From assembly GCA_000004695.1 (NCBI GenBank), contig CM000153.2, positions 1,728,001-1,792,000 of the forward strand: a stretch of 64,000 nt of DNA, read 5' to 3'. The translations under genes were made by a program, and so were the position numbers. The DNA is from Dictyostelium discoideum. Its lineage: Eukaryota. The notes under the pieces are model-generated. The model worked only from the letters and a program-made list of their open reading frames with translations, was not told where the DNA came from and made no database searches. This document shows positions 1-12,270 of this stretch, in pieces (positions within the stretch are counted from its first letter, which is position 1; the number at the start of each line of letters is the position of its first letter).

Positions 1-696
1 AATTTTAAGAAAATTTTTTTTCTTTTTTTTTTTTTTTTTTTTTTAATAATAAAAATTCTCACTCTCTCATAAAATTTAATTTATCATCCCAATTCTTTTT
101 ATATTTTTTACTTTCTAAAAAAAAAAATAAAAAAAAAAAAAAGAAATAAAAAAACCTATTTTTGTAATCTGTTTTTTTTTTTAAAAAAATAAAATTAAAA
201 AACAACTAAATAAAAAAAACACTATTCGAATGATCATTGTTTTTGAATTATTTTTGAACACACACACTAAAATAATAAAAAAAAAAAAAAAAAAAAAAAA
301 AATTTAAAAAAAATAATAAAACAAAACCCCCTAAAATACACACACACACTCACTCACATAATTTTTTTTTTTTTTTTTTCTTATTTAATTTTATTTTTTT
401 TTTAATTAAATTAAAAAAATAAAAATAAACCAAATAAATAAATAAATTAAAATTTTTTTTTTTTTTTTTTTTTCCAAACAAATTTATAACACTAAATTAA
501 TATTTTTTTTTTTTTTTATTTATTTATTAAAGGTTTATTTTAAAAATAATCATATATATATATAAAGTAATAAACATAATAAATTATATATATATAATTA
601 AATAAAAAATTTAAAAATAGATAATCTAATTTTTTTTTTTTTTTTTTTTTTTAATTATTTTTTTTTAATTATTTTTTTAATTTTAATAGGTATAAA

Positions 697-1626
697 ATGT
701 CACCAGACGAAATGGTTGGTATTTTTTGTTTAATTGGTGGAGCTGCATTATGTGTATTTGGAAGTAAATATCAAGAGTGTACCCTTAGTTTCTTTGGATC
801 TGGAGTTGGTGCATATTTATTTTATTTGGTTGGAAGTAAGATAGAGTTTGGATTTACGACACAAATTATATTATCAATTCTTGTATCATTAATTTTCTCA
901 TTTATCTGTATGAAATTGAAGAGATTATCTGTATTGTTAATTGCAATTATTCATTCTCTATGTATATCCAATTTAATGGCACCAGGATTAGGAGAACATT
1001 GGAGTCAATTTGTAATGTATGCCTGTTTAATCATATTGCCATCATTGTTCTTGTACGTTCCAGACATTGGTATTGTTGTGTCAAGTTCATTCTTTGGTTC
1101 ATGGATCTTTGTGGCTGGCATTGAGCAATTCATTGGCACCGGTTTCCCAAATCCAATGGTCGTACTATTCAATAGAGATTGGGATAGACTTGTTGTCATC
1201 GAAGAAAGTGCATTCTTAGAGTGTCTATTGGTTTGTTCAATTATGCTTACTTCATTATTAATCCAAATCAAGACTTTGGTACCATCCTCTAATGAAGTTC
1301 AAATGTTGGATATCGTTTCTTTAATTCAAGAGAAAGTAATTGAAAAAGTTGTCACTGATAAAACCATTACTCCATTTGACCTCGAAACCGATTTACGTGA
1401 AGTTTTAGTCGATGATGAAGTAGTTTCCAAAGTTCACAACTTAATCTTTGGTGTGGGTCTTCCAGTTATCAAATCAGTTGAGCTAATAGCTGGCGATGAT
1501 GACAATAATGATATGGTCACTCCAAATGGTGATGATATTTTACCACCAACTTCTGACATTAAAACCTATTATTTTGAAAAATTAATTGGTAAATCAGAAT
1601 CTTCAAAACCATTAATTATAAATTAA
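697..1626 (+). CDS. Uncharacterised multi-pass transmembrane protein (about 6-7 predicted TM helices in the N-terminal 190 aa, acidic soluble C-terminal tail); single exon
   Basis: Uninterrupted ORF with ATG at 697 (atgtcaccagac). The translation has repeated hydrophobic 20-aa segments (GIFCLIGGAALCVFG, ILSILVSLIFSFICM, VLLIAIIHSLCI, YACLIILPSLFLYV, VVSSSFFGSWIFVAGI, CLLVCSIMLTSLLIQI) followed by a D/E-rich tail. I could not place the family confidently (possibly DUF4203/TMEM198-like). Confidence 0.55.
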   Translation: MSPDEMVGIFCLIGGAALCVFGSKYQECTLSFFGSGVGAYLFYLVGSKIEFGFTTQIILSILVSLIFSFICMKLKRLSVLLIAIIHSLCISNLMAPGLGEHWSQFVMYACLIILPSLFLYVPDIGIVVSSSFFGSWIFVAGIEQFIGTGFPNPMVVLFNRDWDRLVVIEESAFLECLLVCSIMLTSLLIQIKTLVPSSNEVQMLDIVSLIQEKVIEKVVTDKTITPFDLETDLREVLVDDEVVSKVHNLIFGVGLPVIKSVELIAGDDDNNDMVTPNGDDILPPTSDIKTYYFEKLIGKSESSKPLIIN

Positions 1627-1813
1627 AATTATTTAATTTTTTTTAAATAAAATAAAATAAAAAAACAAATAAAATAAACAAAAAAAGTTTGTAAAGGAAA
1701 AAAAAAAAATAAATGCAATTATGAATATTTTTAAAAATTAATTTTTTTTTTTAAAAAGAGTGAATCATATTATTGTTTCTCCCAGTTTATTTTATATTAT
1801 TTCATTAACAAAT

Positions 1814-2224
1814 TTATTGTTTTGAAATGTATTCCATTAAGAATTTGTAATCGTCAGATTCTTTACCGAAAGTCTTGATGACTAAGGTTGAACAAGCAAC
1901 AACTTTACGAGCAGCAAGATCTTTGTCTAATTTGCAGAGACCAGCCCATTCACCTAAAGCTTTGTTATCTGGAACTTCAATTAATGGGATGTTGTGTTCG
2001 GTGGCGAGGGCTTTAACTAAACGAACAAAGTTTGGTTCGTCACAGTTTGAAGCTAAGACACATAAACGAGCAGTACGTTTGTCGAGGGCTTTGACGGTTT
2101 CATGGAGACCACGAGCAACACCTTGGACGGCTAAAGATTCTTTGATAACCTTTTGGAGGGCAACCATTGGGTCAGTGTTTTTTTCTAATGGGTTAGCGGC
2201 AATAACTGGGGCATCTCCTTCCAT
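1814..2224 (-). CDS. rps12: 40S ribosomal protein S12 (eS12), single exon
   Basis: 136-aa ORF. The translation ([102 protein letters not shown]) aligns along its full length with eukaryotic eS12 (human RPS12 has [24 protein letters not shown] and [28 protein letters not shown]). ATG at 2224..2222. Confidence 0.92.
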   Translation of the reverse strand: [136 protein letters not shown]

Positions 2225-3354
2225 TTTTGTATTATTCTATATTTATTAAGAAATCCTTACTGTATAAAATTATGCACATAAATTAATATACAATTCATTC
2301 AAAATAAAACAGAAAAATAATAATCTCTCTTTCCCCATTTATATATATCTTTTAATGATGGATTGGATTGATCATATTTTCATTTTTTATTTTTATTTAT
2401 TATTATAATTATTGATGATCGATGATAATGGATATGTGATATAAATTTGTCAACCTACATGCTGTTTCAAATATGAATAACTAAAAAATTTCGAAATTTT
2501 TTTTTTTGTGTAAAATTTTTTTTTCGACTTTCGGCGTTTTTCTTTTTTTTAATTTTTTTTTTTTTTTTTTATTTTAAAATAAACCTTAAACGTTACATTT
2601 TTTGGTGAAGTAAAATTTAAAGGAAAGTAAATAAAAAATTGAATAGATTTATAAGATTTATTTATTATTAATGTTTTGTTTTATTTTTTGTTTAAACAAA
2701 ACAAATCACAATAAAAAAAAAAAAAAAAATATCTCTATTTTTTTATTTTCCATTTTTTTTTTTTTTTTTTGTGATTTGAAGATAAAAAGAACCAAAAAAT
2801 TGGTATATATGATTTTTTGTCTTAGATGCCCAATTTTTTTTGTTTTTTTTTTATTTATTCCCTCTTTTTTCTTCAAAATAAAAAAATAATTACAAAAAAG
2901 GAATGAAAAATAAATCCTAAAATAAAATTTTGATTGCTCATCTCAATAAACAATTTTTAGTAATTATATTAATTCTTCATTTATTCTGAAATAATTTAAA
3001 GAAAGGAAAAAAAAAAAAATATTAATAATAAAAATTATTTTTTTTTATTATTTTTTATTTTTTTTTATTTTTTATTTTATTTTTTTTCTTAACATCTTTG
3101 TAAAATAATAATAAATTCTATTAAATCAAACTAAATTTAATAATTTTCCTGTTTACGAATAATTTAGTAATATAAAATAAAATTTTTATTTTTTTTTTAT
3201 TTTTTTTTTTTTTTTATTTTTTTTATTTTTTTATTTTTTTTTTAAAAATATATTTTTTCTAAAAATAGTAATTTTTTTTATTTATAGTTTTTTTTTTTTT
3301 TTTTAAATCTAATTTTTTTTTTTATATTTATTATTTTTTTTAAAGATTCAGATC

Positions 3355-3389
<35 letters not shown>

Positions 3390-3487
3390 AAATTAAAATA
3401 TGTAAAATTATCTTTTTACTTGAATCTTTTAACTTAATATCTTCATTTTAAATATATAATTAAATATACTTTTTTTTTAAAAAAACA

Positions 3488-5684
3488 ATGAGGAATAATA
3501 ATAGTTTAATCTCAATAATAATTTTTATATTATTTTCAATTTTCTTATCAACAAACGAAATTAATGCAGATGATAATTGTTCAACATTAAAACAGGCAAT
3601 TTTATTTTATAAAGTAAATAATCTTTTTTTTTTATTACTAATTAATAAATAAATAAATAAATAATAAATAAATAAATAAATAATAATTTTTTTTTTTTTT
3701 TTTAAAATAGGCACAACGTGCTGGAAGATTACCAGATAAAGATATATCATGGAGAGGTGATTCAGTTTTAACAGATGCAAGTCCAGGATCATCATTTGAT
3801 TCAAATGGAGATGGTGATCTTTCAAAGGGTTATTTTGATGCCGGTGATGGTGTAAAATTTGGTTTACCAATGAGTTGGACAATGACAATGTTAGGATGGA
3901 ATTTCATTGAATATTCATCAAATATTGAATCATGCGGTTTAACCGATTTATATTTAAATGTTTTAAAATGGGGTACAGATTATATATTGGCATCACATTT
4001 AAGTGATAATGTTTTGGTAGCTCAAGTTGGTGATGGAAATGTTGACCATAGTGTATGGCAGCCACCAGAATTCATTAATTATGTACGTCCAGTGTTTTTA
4101 ATTAATTCAAGTTATCCAGGAACTGAATTAGCAATGGAAGCAGCATCAGCATTGGCAGCAGCATCAATTGCATTCAAATCAAGTAATCCATCATATGCAT
4201 CCACTTGTTTATCACATGCCAAAGCATTACATAACTTTGGTAACACATATCAAGGTTCATACTCAGTTTCAGTTCCACAGGCATCTGCATTCTATAATTC
4301 ATATTCTGGCTATACCGATGAATTAGTATGGGGTAGCGTTTGGTTATACAAGGCAACTGGTGACTCTAGTTATTTAACATTGGCTGAGAATTACTATACC
4401 ACTAATAATGTTGGTTATGCAGGTACTTCAAATTCATTCGATTGGGATCAAACTGCCACCGGCTCATCTCTATTACTTTATAAATTGACTGGAAAAGAAT
4501 TCTATAAACAAATGGTGGACCAAACACTAAGCTATTGGTCAAAAGGTGGCGGTATAACTTATACTCCAGGTGGTTTAGCTTGGATTAGAGAGTGGGGTCC
4601 ATGTAGATACGCAATGTCAATGGCATTCCTTGCAACAGTGTATGGTACTGATTCATCATTACAATTTGCCCAAAATCAATTAAGTTATGTACTTGGTGAT
4701 AAAACTGGTCAATCATTTGTTGTTGGTTTAGGTTCAAATCATCCAATTAATCCACATCATAGAGCTGCCCATCATTCAACTACTAATGATATTAATAATC
4801 CTGTAAATAATTTATATATGTTATATGGTGCATTAGTTGGTGGTCCTGGAAGTGATGATTCTTATGTTGATGATCGTTCAGATTATACAAAGAATGAGGT
4901 AGCACTTGATTATAATGCTGGTTTCGTTGGTACTTTATCTTATTTTGCAAAAGGTATTTATTTTTATTTTATTTTATTTTATTTTATTTTAAAAAAAAAG
5001 TTTTTATATTAACTAACTAAAGGTTCTTCATCCTCAACTACTACCACTTCAACTACAACGTCAAATCCAACATCTACAACATCAACTACAACTTCAAATC
5101 CAACTCCTACCACATCAACTACAACTTCAAATCCAACTTCCACATCAACCACCACTTCAAATCCAACCTCTACTTCAACCACAACTTCAAATCCAACTAC
5201 AACTACAACCACAACTTCAAATCCAACCTCAACCTCAACTACAACTTCAAATCCAACTACAACTACAACCACAACTTCAAATCCAACTACAATTACAACT
5301 TCAACAAACCCAACTACAACATCCACTCCTGCCACAACAACAACATCTACTTCAACCACAACTTCATCAGGAGATGGTACCACAACAAGTGAGACAACAA
5401 CAGGAGATTTGGTGACATCCGGAGATTCTAACGTAACACCAACTGTTCAACCAACATCTAGTTCATCAACTTCTTCAGGAACTTCAACTGGAACTTCAAC
5501 TGGAACTTCAACTGGAACTTCAACTGGAGCCCCAACTGGAACTTCAACTGGAAATAGCCAAAATCCTCCTGGAGTCGAAAAAGATGGTAGTTCAAGTGAC
5601 GCACTCAGTTTGGGTGATATCATCCCACTTTCAATCATTACATTATTCATTTTATCATCAATTCATCTCTTATTAAACAATTAA
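3488..5684 (+). CDS. Secreted glycoside hydrolase family 9 endo-beta-1,4-glucanase (cellulase) with a Thr/Ser-rich tandem-repeat linker and a GPI-anchor-like C-terminus; join(3488..3613,3711..4953,5023..5684)
   Basis: Exon 1 encodes a signal peptide (MRNNNSLISIIIFILFSIFLSTNEINA). The donor gtaaat sits at 3614 and the acceptor aaaatag ends at 3710. Exon 2 carries GH9 hallmarks (GYFDAGDGVKFGLPMSWT, NPHHRAAHHS, GALVGGPGSDDSYVDDRSDY, NEVALDYNAGFVG). A second phase-1 intron runs 4954..5022 (gtattta...ctaaag). Exon 3 is in the same frame as track ORF 5409..5684 and encodes about nine copies of TTTSNPTSTS plus (TSTG)6, ending in a hydrophobic tail (SLGDIIPLSIITLFILSSIHLLLNN). Confidence 0.88.
5060..5335 (+). 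repeat. About nine tandem copies of a 30-bp unit (acttcaaatccaac[ct]tc[ta]ac[ct]tcaac[ct]aca) encoding the Thr/Ser/Pro-rich linker of the GH9 protein
   Basis: The periodicity is directly visible. It is also responsible for the spurious minus-strand ORF 5009..5383 (VVVVGFEV repeats). Confidence 0.9.
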
Positions 5685-5715
5685 TACAAATAGTATTAAA
5701 AAAGTAATAACAATA

Positions 5716-5746
<31 letters not shown>

Positions 5747-5960
5747 AGAATTTTTAAAATAAAAAATATATTATTTTTTATTTATTGGTGATCTAAATTT
5801 TTTTTTTTTTTTTTTTTTTTTTCATTTTTTTTTTTTTTTTAAACATGAACGCTCTTCACACTTTTTTTTTTTTTTTTTTTTTTTCATAAATTAAATTTAT
5901 TTTAATTTTTTCTTTTATTTTTTAAAATATAAAAAAAAAAGAAACAAAAATATTTTATAG

Positions 5961-6331
5961 ATGGCAGAATTAACAAATCATTTTAATAAAGTTAATGAAC
6001 TTTTAAATGATTGGGATGGAGTTGGATTATCACATGAATTATCAATGACAGAATTAATTACCTCAATTTTAAATTCAATAAATCATAATAGTCATAGTGG
6101 TATGAGTAATCAAAAGAAACAACAAATACAAGCAAAAGTTAATCAAATTAAAAAGACAGATTTAGTTGTTAAAAGACAACAAGATATAGATACATTATGT
6201 GCAAATAAAATTCAACACAACTATAATGAAATCGTTGCATATCGTTTAAGATCAATTTCATCATTATTAGATTCAAAATATTATGATGCATTTAGATATT
6301 TAATTGAAGCTATAAAGTAAGTAATAATAAT

Positions 6332-6373
<42 letters not shown>

Positions 6374-7439
6374 TTATTTAAAATTTCATATTAAAATTAT
6401 TTATTTATTTATATTTATTTATTTAGTTCATTTGTTAAAGTATTTGAATTATGGTCACAAAATATATTATGGAGATTATCATTAGATTTACGTTTAATGG
6501 CAGAATTGGCAACTTTAAATGTTGGTAGTAATGATAGTAATAATAGTAATAATAATGTTACGATTGATTATTTTGAAGAAGCATCAAGAACATTATTAAG
6601 TAAATGTTTTCAAGCAGCAAATGCTGATAGAACTCCAAATTTAGCAGAATCAAAAAAGAATGCAGCATTAGGAGTTGTAAACCAATTATTTCAAATTTAT
6701 TTTAAAATTAATAATCTTAAACTTTGTAAAAATTTAATTAAAACTATGGAATCACCTGGTTTCCCTACATTAGAGAGTTATCCTTTAAATCAAGTTATCA
6801 CATATCGTTTCTTTAATGGTCGTTTATCAGTTTTCAATGGTCAATATAAAAAAGCACAAGAAGAATTATTATATGCATTTAATAAATGTCCAAATGATTC
6901 AATTAAAAATAAAAGGTAAAAAAAGAACATAAAAACATATAAATATACATATACATATATACTAATTATTTTTTTTTTTTTTTTTTTTAAGATTAATATT
7001 ATTATTTTTAGTACCAATGCAATTAGAACAATGTAAATTCCCAAAGAAATCATTATTAGAGAAATTTAAGTTAACTCAATTCATTGATATTGTTCAATCT
7101 ATAAAAAGTGGTAATATTAAACAATTTAATGAATGTTTGTCAACTCATCAAAACTTTTTCATTTCAAAAGGTATCTATTTGATTTTAGAAAAATTGAAAA
7201 TTATTGTCTATAGAAATCTATTTAAAAAGGTACATTTAATTACAACTGGTCAAAGAATTCCAATTGGTAATTTCGTTTCCGCTTTGAAATGGATGGAAAA
7301 TGATGCTATCGATATCGATGAAACTGAATGTATTCTATCAAATTTAATTTATAATGGTTATCTTAAAGGTTATATCTCTCATAAAGTTGCTCTTGTTGTC
7401 TCTCCAACAAATCCTTTCCCAAAATTACCTTTAAATTAA
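5961..7439 (+). CDS. PCI-domain protein PCID2 / CSN12 / Thp1-like (TREX-2 and CSN12 family); join(5961..6316,6427..6915,6992..7439)
   Basis: The three track ORFs (5961, 6497, 7017) are exons of one gene. They are joined by donor gtaagt at 6317 / acceptor tttag at 6426, and donor gtaaaaaaag at 6916 / acceptor aag at 6991. The spliced protein aligns with human PCID2: GVVNQLFQIYFKINNLKLCKNLIKTM vs [44 protein letters not shown] vs [40 protein letters not shown] vs [51 protein letters not shown] vs [28 protein letters not shown]. Confidence 0.85.
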
Positions 7440-7658
7440 AAACTGAAAAAAAATAAAAAAAATAAAAAAAAATAAAAATAAAAATAATAACAACAAAAGA
7501 TTAAAGATTAAAAATATAACAACACCTCAAAGATTAATAAATGGCTTTTTTTTTTAAATTATTATTTTTTATTTTTTTTTTTTTTTGTTATTATTTTTTT
7601 TTTTTTTAAATTGTTTTTTTAAGATGTTTTGTGTTTGTATTTGTATTTGTTTTTTTTT

Positions 7659-7703
<45 letters not shown>

Positions 7704-7865
7704 CTTTTTCTTTTTTTTCTTTTGTACTTTAGAACATTTTCTATTATACCTATTGAGTTGTGTTGCTTTTGTTATTGAATTGTTGTGTTGTTTTTGGTTG
7801 TTTATTGTTGATATGATTTGTTGTGATATGTGTGATGTTATGGTTGAGGTTTTAGTTTTCTTTTC

Positions 7866-9435
7866 TTACAAAATAACAACGATAATACTAATGTTATCGG
7901 TACTTCCTTTCTTTAATGCATGTAATAATAATTTATCACTCATCTTTTGTGCTTCAGTTTCATTTAAAATAAGGTCCACTGCATCTTGGTCACTTGTAAC
8001 ATCCCAAAGCTAAAATTTAGAAATAAAAAAAATAAAAAAAATAAAAAAAAGATTAGCAAAGAGGAGAATAAAAAAAAAAATCTATTTATATATTTTTTTT
8101 AAAAAATATTATTTTACTTACACCATCACAAGCTAAAATTAAATGAGTATGACCAGAATCTAATTTAATTGAACGTTTATATGGGTCACCAATGACATGA
8201 TCTTTCATTGAGTGATCACCAAGTGAACGGGTTACAGCGAGAATACCATTAACACGACCATTACATACAAAACCACCTGCAGCATCAATACGTTTTACTT
8301 CTTCTGGATCAGATCCTTTATGATCGTATGATAATCTTTCTGCAACTTTATTATGACTAATTTTATTATAATTATTATTATTTATAAATGTTGTTAGTAT
8401 GGAACACATGAATATATATATTGAAGAGAAAAAGAAAATAAAATGATAATTACCAAACAACTGCACGGGCATCACCAGCATTGGCAACATAAAGATATTT
8501 TTCACCATCAACTGGATTTTTTCTAATTAAGGCGGTAATAGATGTAGTACCAGAGAATTGGATTTCACTTTCATTCATTTGTTTATCGGTTAAAAGATAA
8601 CTATTTCTAAAGAGTTCTAAAATATCACCTTCTGGGGATTTATTAATTTCATCTAAAAGGTTCTGTATATTTTTTTTTTTTAAAGAAAAAAAATAAATCT
8701 TGGGTTAAATAATGTTCCAAAAAGAAAAAATAATAATAATAATAAAAAATAGAGATTTGGTGGAAATTTTTTTTTTTTTTTTTTTTTTTTTTAATAATAA
8801 TAATAACTTACAACATGAAGAGTTTTAGCAGTGAATTCTACAGCACCTCTACCACCATGACCATCATAAATTGCAAAATAACCTTGGTTTGCATCACCAC
8901 CAAAGCAATCGATAATAACATGTTCATCCTCCATTGTTCTTCTATAACGTGCATTCTTTTCAAAGGAGACACCAAAGTCACGAACTGAACGAGTCTTTGA
9001 TGATGGTTCTGTGGTGAAATGTGTAGATTGTGCTTGTTGTGGTTGAATGGTTTGATGTGCTACTTGAGGTGTTGATGGTGCATCACCAGTACCGCTATTA
9101 TATGTATCATCTGAACTACTTTCTTCACTTTTGGTGGTAGTGGTTGTGTTATTTGATTCTTTTGGTGGTGTATTATTATTATTGTTGTTACTATTATTAT
9201 TATTAGTAGTATCATTATTATTATTATTATTTATATTTTCTTTTTCTTTTTCTTTCTCTTTATTATCATCTGCTGTATTTTTGTTTTCTTTATTTTTATC
9301 TATTGAAACTTCTAAATTTTTGTCTGCTGTAATCTCTGTTGCCTTGGTTGTATCTACAGTGTCATTGTTATGAGTTATGGTTTCATCTTTAATATCGCTT
9401 GATGAATCGATCATATCTGTATTTGTTGTGCTCAT
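7866..9435 (-). CDS. Protein phosphatase 2C (PPM family) with an Asn/Thr-rich N-terminal extension; complement(join(7866..8009,8122..8356,8454..8662,8812..9435))
   Basis: Exon 1 is track ORF 8791..9435 and ends ...RRTMEDEHVIID...YFAIYDGHGGRGAVEFTAKTLHV, followed by gtaagt. Exon 2 (not in the track because it has no Met) reads NLLDEINKSPEGDILELFRNSYLLTDKQMNESEIQFSGTTSITALIRKNPVDGEKYLYVANAGDARAVV. Exon 3 (track ORF 8086..8511 frame) reads CHNKVAERLSYDHKGSDPEEVKRIDAAGGFVCNGRVNGILAVTRSLGDHSMKDHVIGDPYKRSIKLDSGHTHLILACDG, followed by gtaagt. Exon 4 reads LWDVTSDQDAVDLILNETEAQKMSDKLLLHALKKGSTDNISIIVVIL*. These carry the canonical PP2C motifs (YDGHGG, ANAGDSRAV-like, LAVTRSLGD, ACDGLWDV, STDNISIIVV). 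Confidence 0.85.
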
Positions 9436-9562
9436 TGTATATTTTTTTTATTTTTTTGATGTAGTTGGAGTTTTTGATTTGTTTTTTGATCTAGTGATAT
9501 AAAATAAAAATCATATCACAATAAAAAATTTAAAAAAAAATAAAAAATAAAAAAAAAAAAAA

Positions 9563-9594
<32 letters not shown>

Positions 9595-9753
9595 TTTTAA
9601 TTATTTTTAAAAAAAAAAAAAGAAAAAAAAAAAAAAAAAAAGAAAAAAAATTTGATCAAAGTTAAATAATTGTAATTTTAAATTTCTATTAATATGTATT
9701 TTTTTATGTAATATTATTATTATTATTATTATTATTATTTTTTTTATTTTTTT

Positions 9754-9787
<34 letters not shown>

Positions 9788-10011
9788 GTGTAAATTAATT
9801 TTAATTACCTTTTTTTTTTTTCGGTGTGGTACGATTTTTGTTGGGATTTTTTTTTATTTTTTTTTATTTATTTTTTTTTTATTATATACAATGACAAATG
9901 GTCAATATATTCTAAAATAAAAATCTAATTGTTTTGTTGGGAATGATTGTGGTTTAAAACCCCGGGTTTTAAAAAAGAATTGATATAATAAATTGAGTTT
10001 TAAAATTATTT

Positions 10012-10052
<41 letters not shown>

Positions 10053-10200
10053 AAAAATTTGAAAAATTTGGAAAAAAAAAAAAAAAAAAAAAAAATATTT
10101 TTTTATTTTTTTTTTATTTTATTTTTTAAATGTTAATGGCGCGCTCAATATGATTGTTAGAGATTGATATAATAAAGAATATTTTTTGATCTTTTATGGT

Positions 10201-10232
<32 letters not shown>

Positions 10233-10246
10233 CCAAATTTTTTTCC

Positions 10247-10280
<34 letters not shown>

Positions 10281-10337
10281 CCCAAATTTCCTTTCTAAAT
10301 CAAAGGGAAATGAGATTATATTAATCTTCCAAACCCA

Positions 10338-10372
<35 letters not shown>

Positions 10373-11451
10373 ATAATTATTTGTGTTGGTGTTCTAAATT
10401 TTTCTTTTAATTCAAGAACGAGTTATTTGGTGATTTATTTTGTGTTTGGGAAAAAAAAAAAAAAAAAATTAAAAAATAAAAAAAAAATTAAAAAATAAAA
10501 AAAATCTGAGAAAAATCCTGATCAAATAATTGTGGTCGCACTTCCATTTATTAAAAATATAAAATTTAATTTATTATCCGAATGAAAATAAAAATAAATA
10601 AATATAAAAATAAAAATAAAAATAAAAATAAAAATAAAAATAAAAATAAAAATAAAAATAAAAATAAATAATAAAAATAAAAATAAACCTTTTTTTTTTT
10701 TCTTTATTTTTTATTTTTCATTTTTTATTTTTTTAACTAATATTATTTTATTTTTCTCAATTTTGATTCCAGAATTTTTATTTTTTTATATTTGAATTTT
10801 GATTGAATTATAATTCTAAAAATTAGATATTAAAAAAAAAAAAAAAAAATATAGTTTTATTTTATAACTTTTCCCTTTTCCTTTTTTTAATTTTTTTTTT
10901 TTTAAATCTCAAACTTAAATATTTAAAAATATTATTTCTTATTTTCAATTTAATTTAATTTATTGTTTTTTTTTTGAATAATTTTGATGTTATCTACAAT
11001 ATGAAAAAATATGAATAAATTTTTATTTTAATAAATCATCACGTGGATTTTTCCCACATGAGTGAGAAAAGTATAATTATAAATTTTATTATACATAATT
11101 ATTATTAATTACATATATATCTTACAATAATTGTATTTACACAATTATTATTATACAACAGAAAATAGCCACTTTTATTATAATTTAATTTAATATTTAA
11201 TAATTTAATACTTAACTAACTTTTTTTTTCCGTTAATTTATTCTTCGAAAACAATGGGTTGTGGGGGAAATAAAATTAAAAATAATGTGGTGTGAGTGGG
11301 GTTTGAATTTTATTTCATCTTTCCATACACCAACACATTCATAGTTTCCTTATATTGTAAAAATCATTCAAGTTTGCCCACTTTTTGTAATTCATATGAA
11401 AATATTTATATAAAATATAAAATTAATTGAAAGTGCCCAAATTTTGAATAA

Positions 11452-11533
11452 TTTTGACAATATCCAAATTCTAAATTAATTAATTAATTAAGATTTTGAC
11501 ATTCTCCAATATCTGAATTAATTAATTAATTAG
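11452..11533. repeat. Two tandem copies of a roughly 41-bp unit (ttttgaca[at]t[ac]tccaa[at]t[tc]ctaaattaattaattaatta[ag])
   Basis: Copy 1 is 11452..11492 and copy 2 is 11493..11533. A related shorter pair (aagtttgcccactttttgtaatt / aagtgcccaaattttgaataatt) lies just upstream at about 11370..11450. Confidence 0.7.
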
Positions 11534-11725
11534 TTAATTTTTTTTGTTTTTTTTTATTTATTTTTTATGATTTTAAAAATATTTTATTTTTTGATTATAA
11601 AAAGGATTCTATTTTTTTATTAAAAAAAATTCAAAAAAGGAATATAGTTTAAAAAAGTAAATAAATAAATAAATATTTAACTAAAACTTTCAAAAATATA
11701 TATATATTAATAGTTTTTTTTTTAA

Positions 11726-11965
11726 AAATTAAAAAAGATAAAAAAATTTAAAATAAAAATAATCAGGTTAAAAGTTTTAATTGCCATTTTAGTGATTCTC
11801 TCATTACTTTCGAATTTAAATGCTGAAAATGCAATTAGTGGTGGAAGTGATCTTTCCTGTTTGATTAAATGTATGGGCTCAGAATGTTTAAAACCAACAA
11901 AGATAAATGACCCATTGTGTAACGCATATTCAAAAAAAAGTAAAAATCAATGCATTAGAAATTAA
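11726..11965 (+). other. Open frame with no ATG start, encoding a signal-peptide-like segment plus a small cysteine-rich peptide (KIKIIRLKVLIAILVILSLLSNLNA|ENAISGGSDLSCLIKCMGSECLKPTKINDPLCNAYSKKSKNQCIRN*); candidate unannotated small secreted protein or terminal exon
   Basis: The frame is open from 11726 to the stop at 11963..11965. There is no in-frame ATG before the hydrophobic segment, and the nearest upstream ATG (11567) hits a stop. The hydrophobic stretch followed by LNA-EN looks like a signal-peptidase site. There are 8 Cys in 45 residues. Confidence 0.3.
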
Positions 11966-12270
11966 TAAACTTGTTATCAAATTTATTATTAATTATAATT
12001 AATTATTATAATTTTTCCCCAGTATTTGAAATTTATCTCTCTTAAAATTTTTAATCATCAAAAAATTGTCTAAAATGATAAACTATCTTTTTTTTTTAAA
12101 AAATCTTATTTTTATACATTTTTTTTTTTTTTTTGTATTTATTTTTTTATTTATTTAATTATTTGTTTGTTTATTGATTTTTCCTTTTTAAAATTTTTTT
12201 TTAAAAAAATTAAAAATAATAAGACAAATAATTTCACCATTACTTTTATTAATATTATTAATTAATTTTT

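Noticed and set aside
2671-2889. Short track ORFs in homopolymer-rich intergenic DNA (2671-2889, 3607-3888 minus, 7585-8013, 10186-10410, 12367-12637, 20492-20737, 21279-21485, 36655-36942, 41693-41929, 42526-42711, 43085-43267, 44177-44416, 48535-48852, 52747-53115, 62240-62455)
   Set aside because: The translations are poly-F/K/I/N low complexity or run through introns of the real genes (3607-3888 is antisense to the GH9 intron, 7585-8013 is antisense to the PP2C 3' exon). None has a domain or a codon-usage signal.
5009-5383. Minus-strand 124-aa ORF (VVVVGFEVVV repeats) and plus-strand ORF 5409-5684 listed separately in the track
   Set aside because: The minus ORF is the reverse complement of the Thr-codon repeat (aca/act vs agt/tgt) of the GH9 linker. 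The plus ORF is simply the end of GH9 exon 3. Neither is an independent gene.
9941-10190. Near-palindrome aaaaccccgggtttt with two copies of attgatataataaa and a ggcgcgc island upstream of the PP2C gene
   Set aside because: It is a possible promoter element for the PP2C gene, whose start is about 500 bp away on the minus strand. I have no way to test it from the sequence and the motifs are too short to call.
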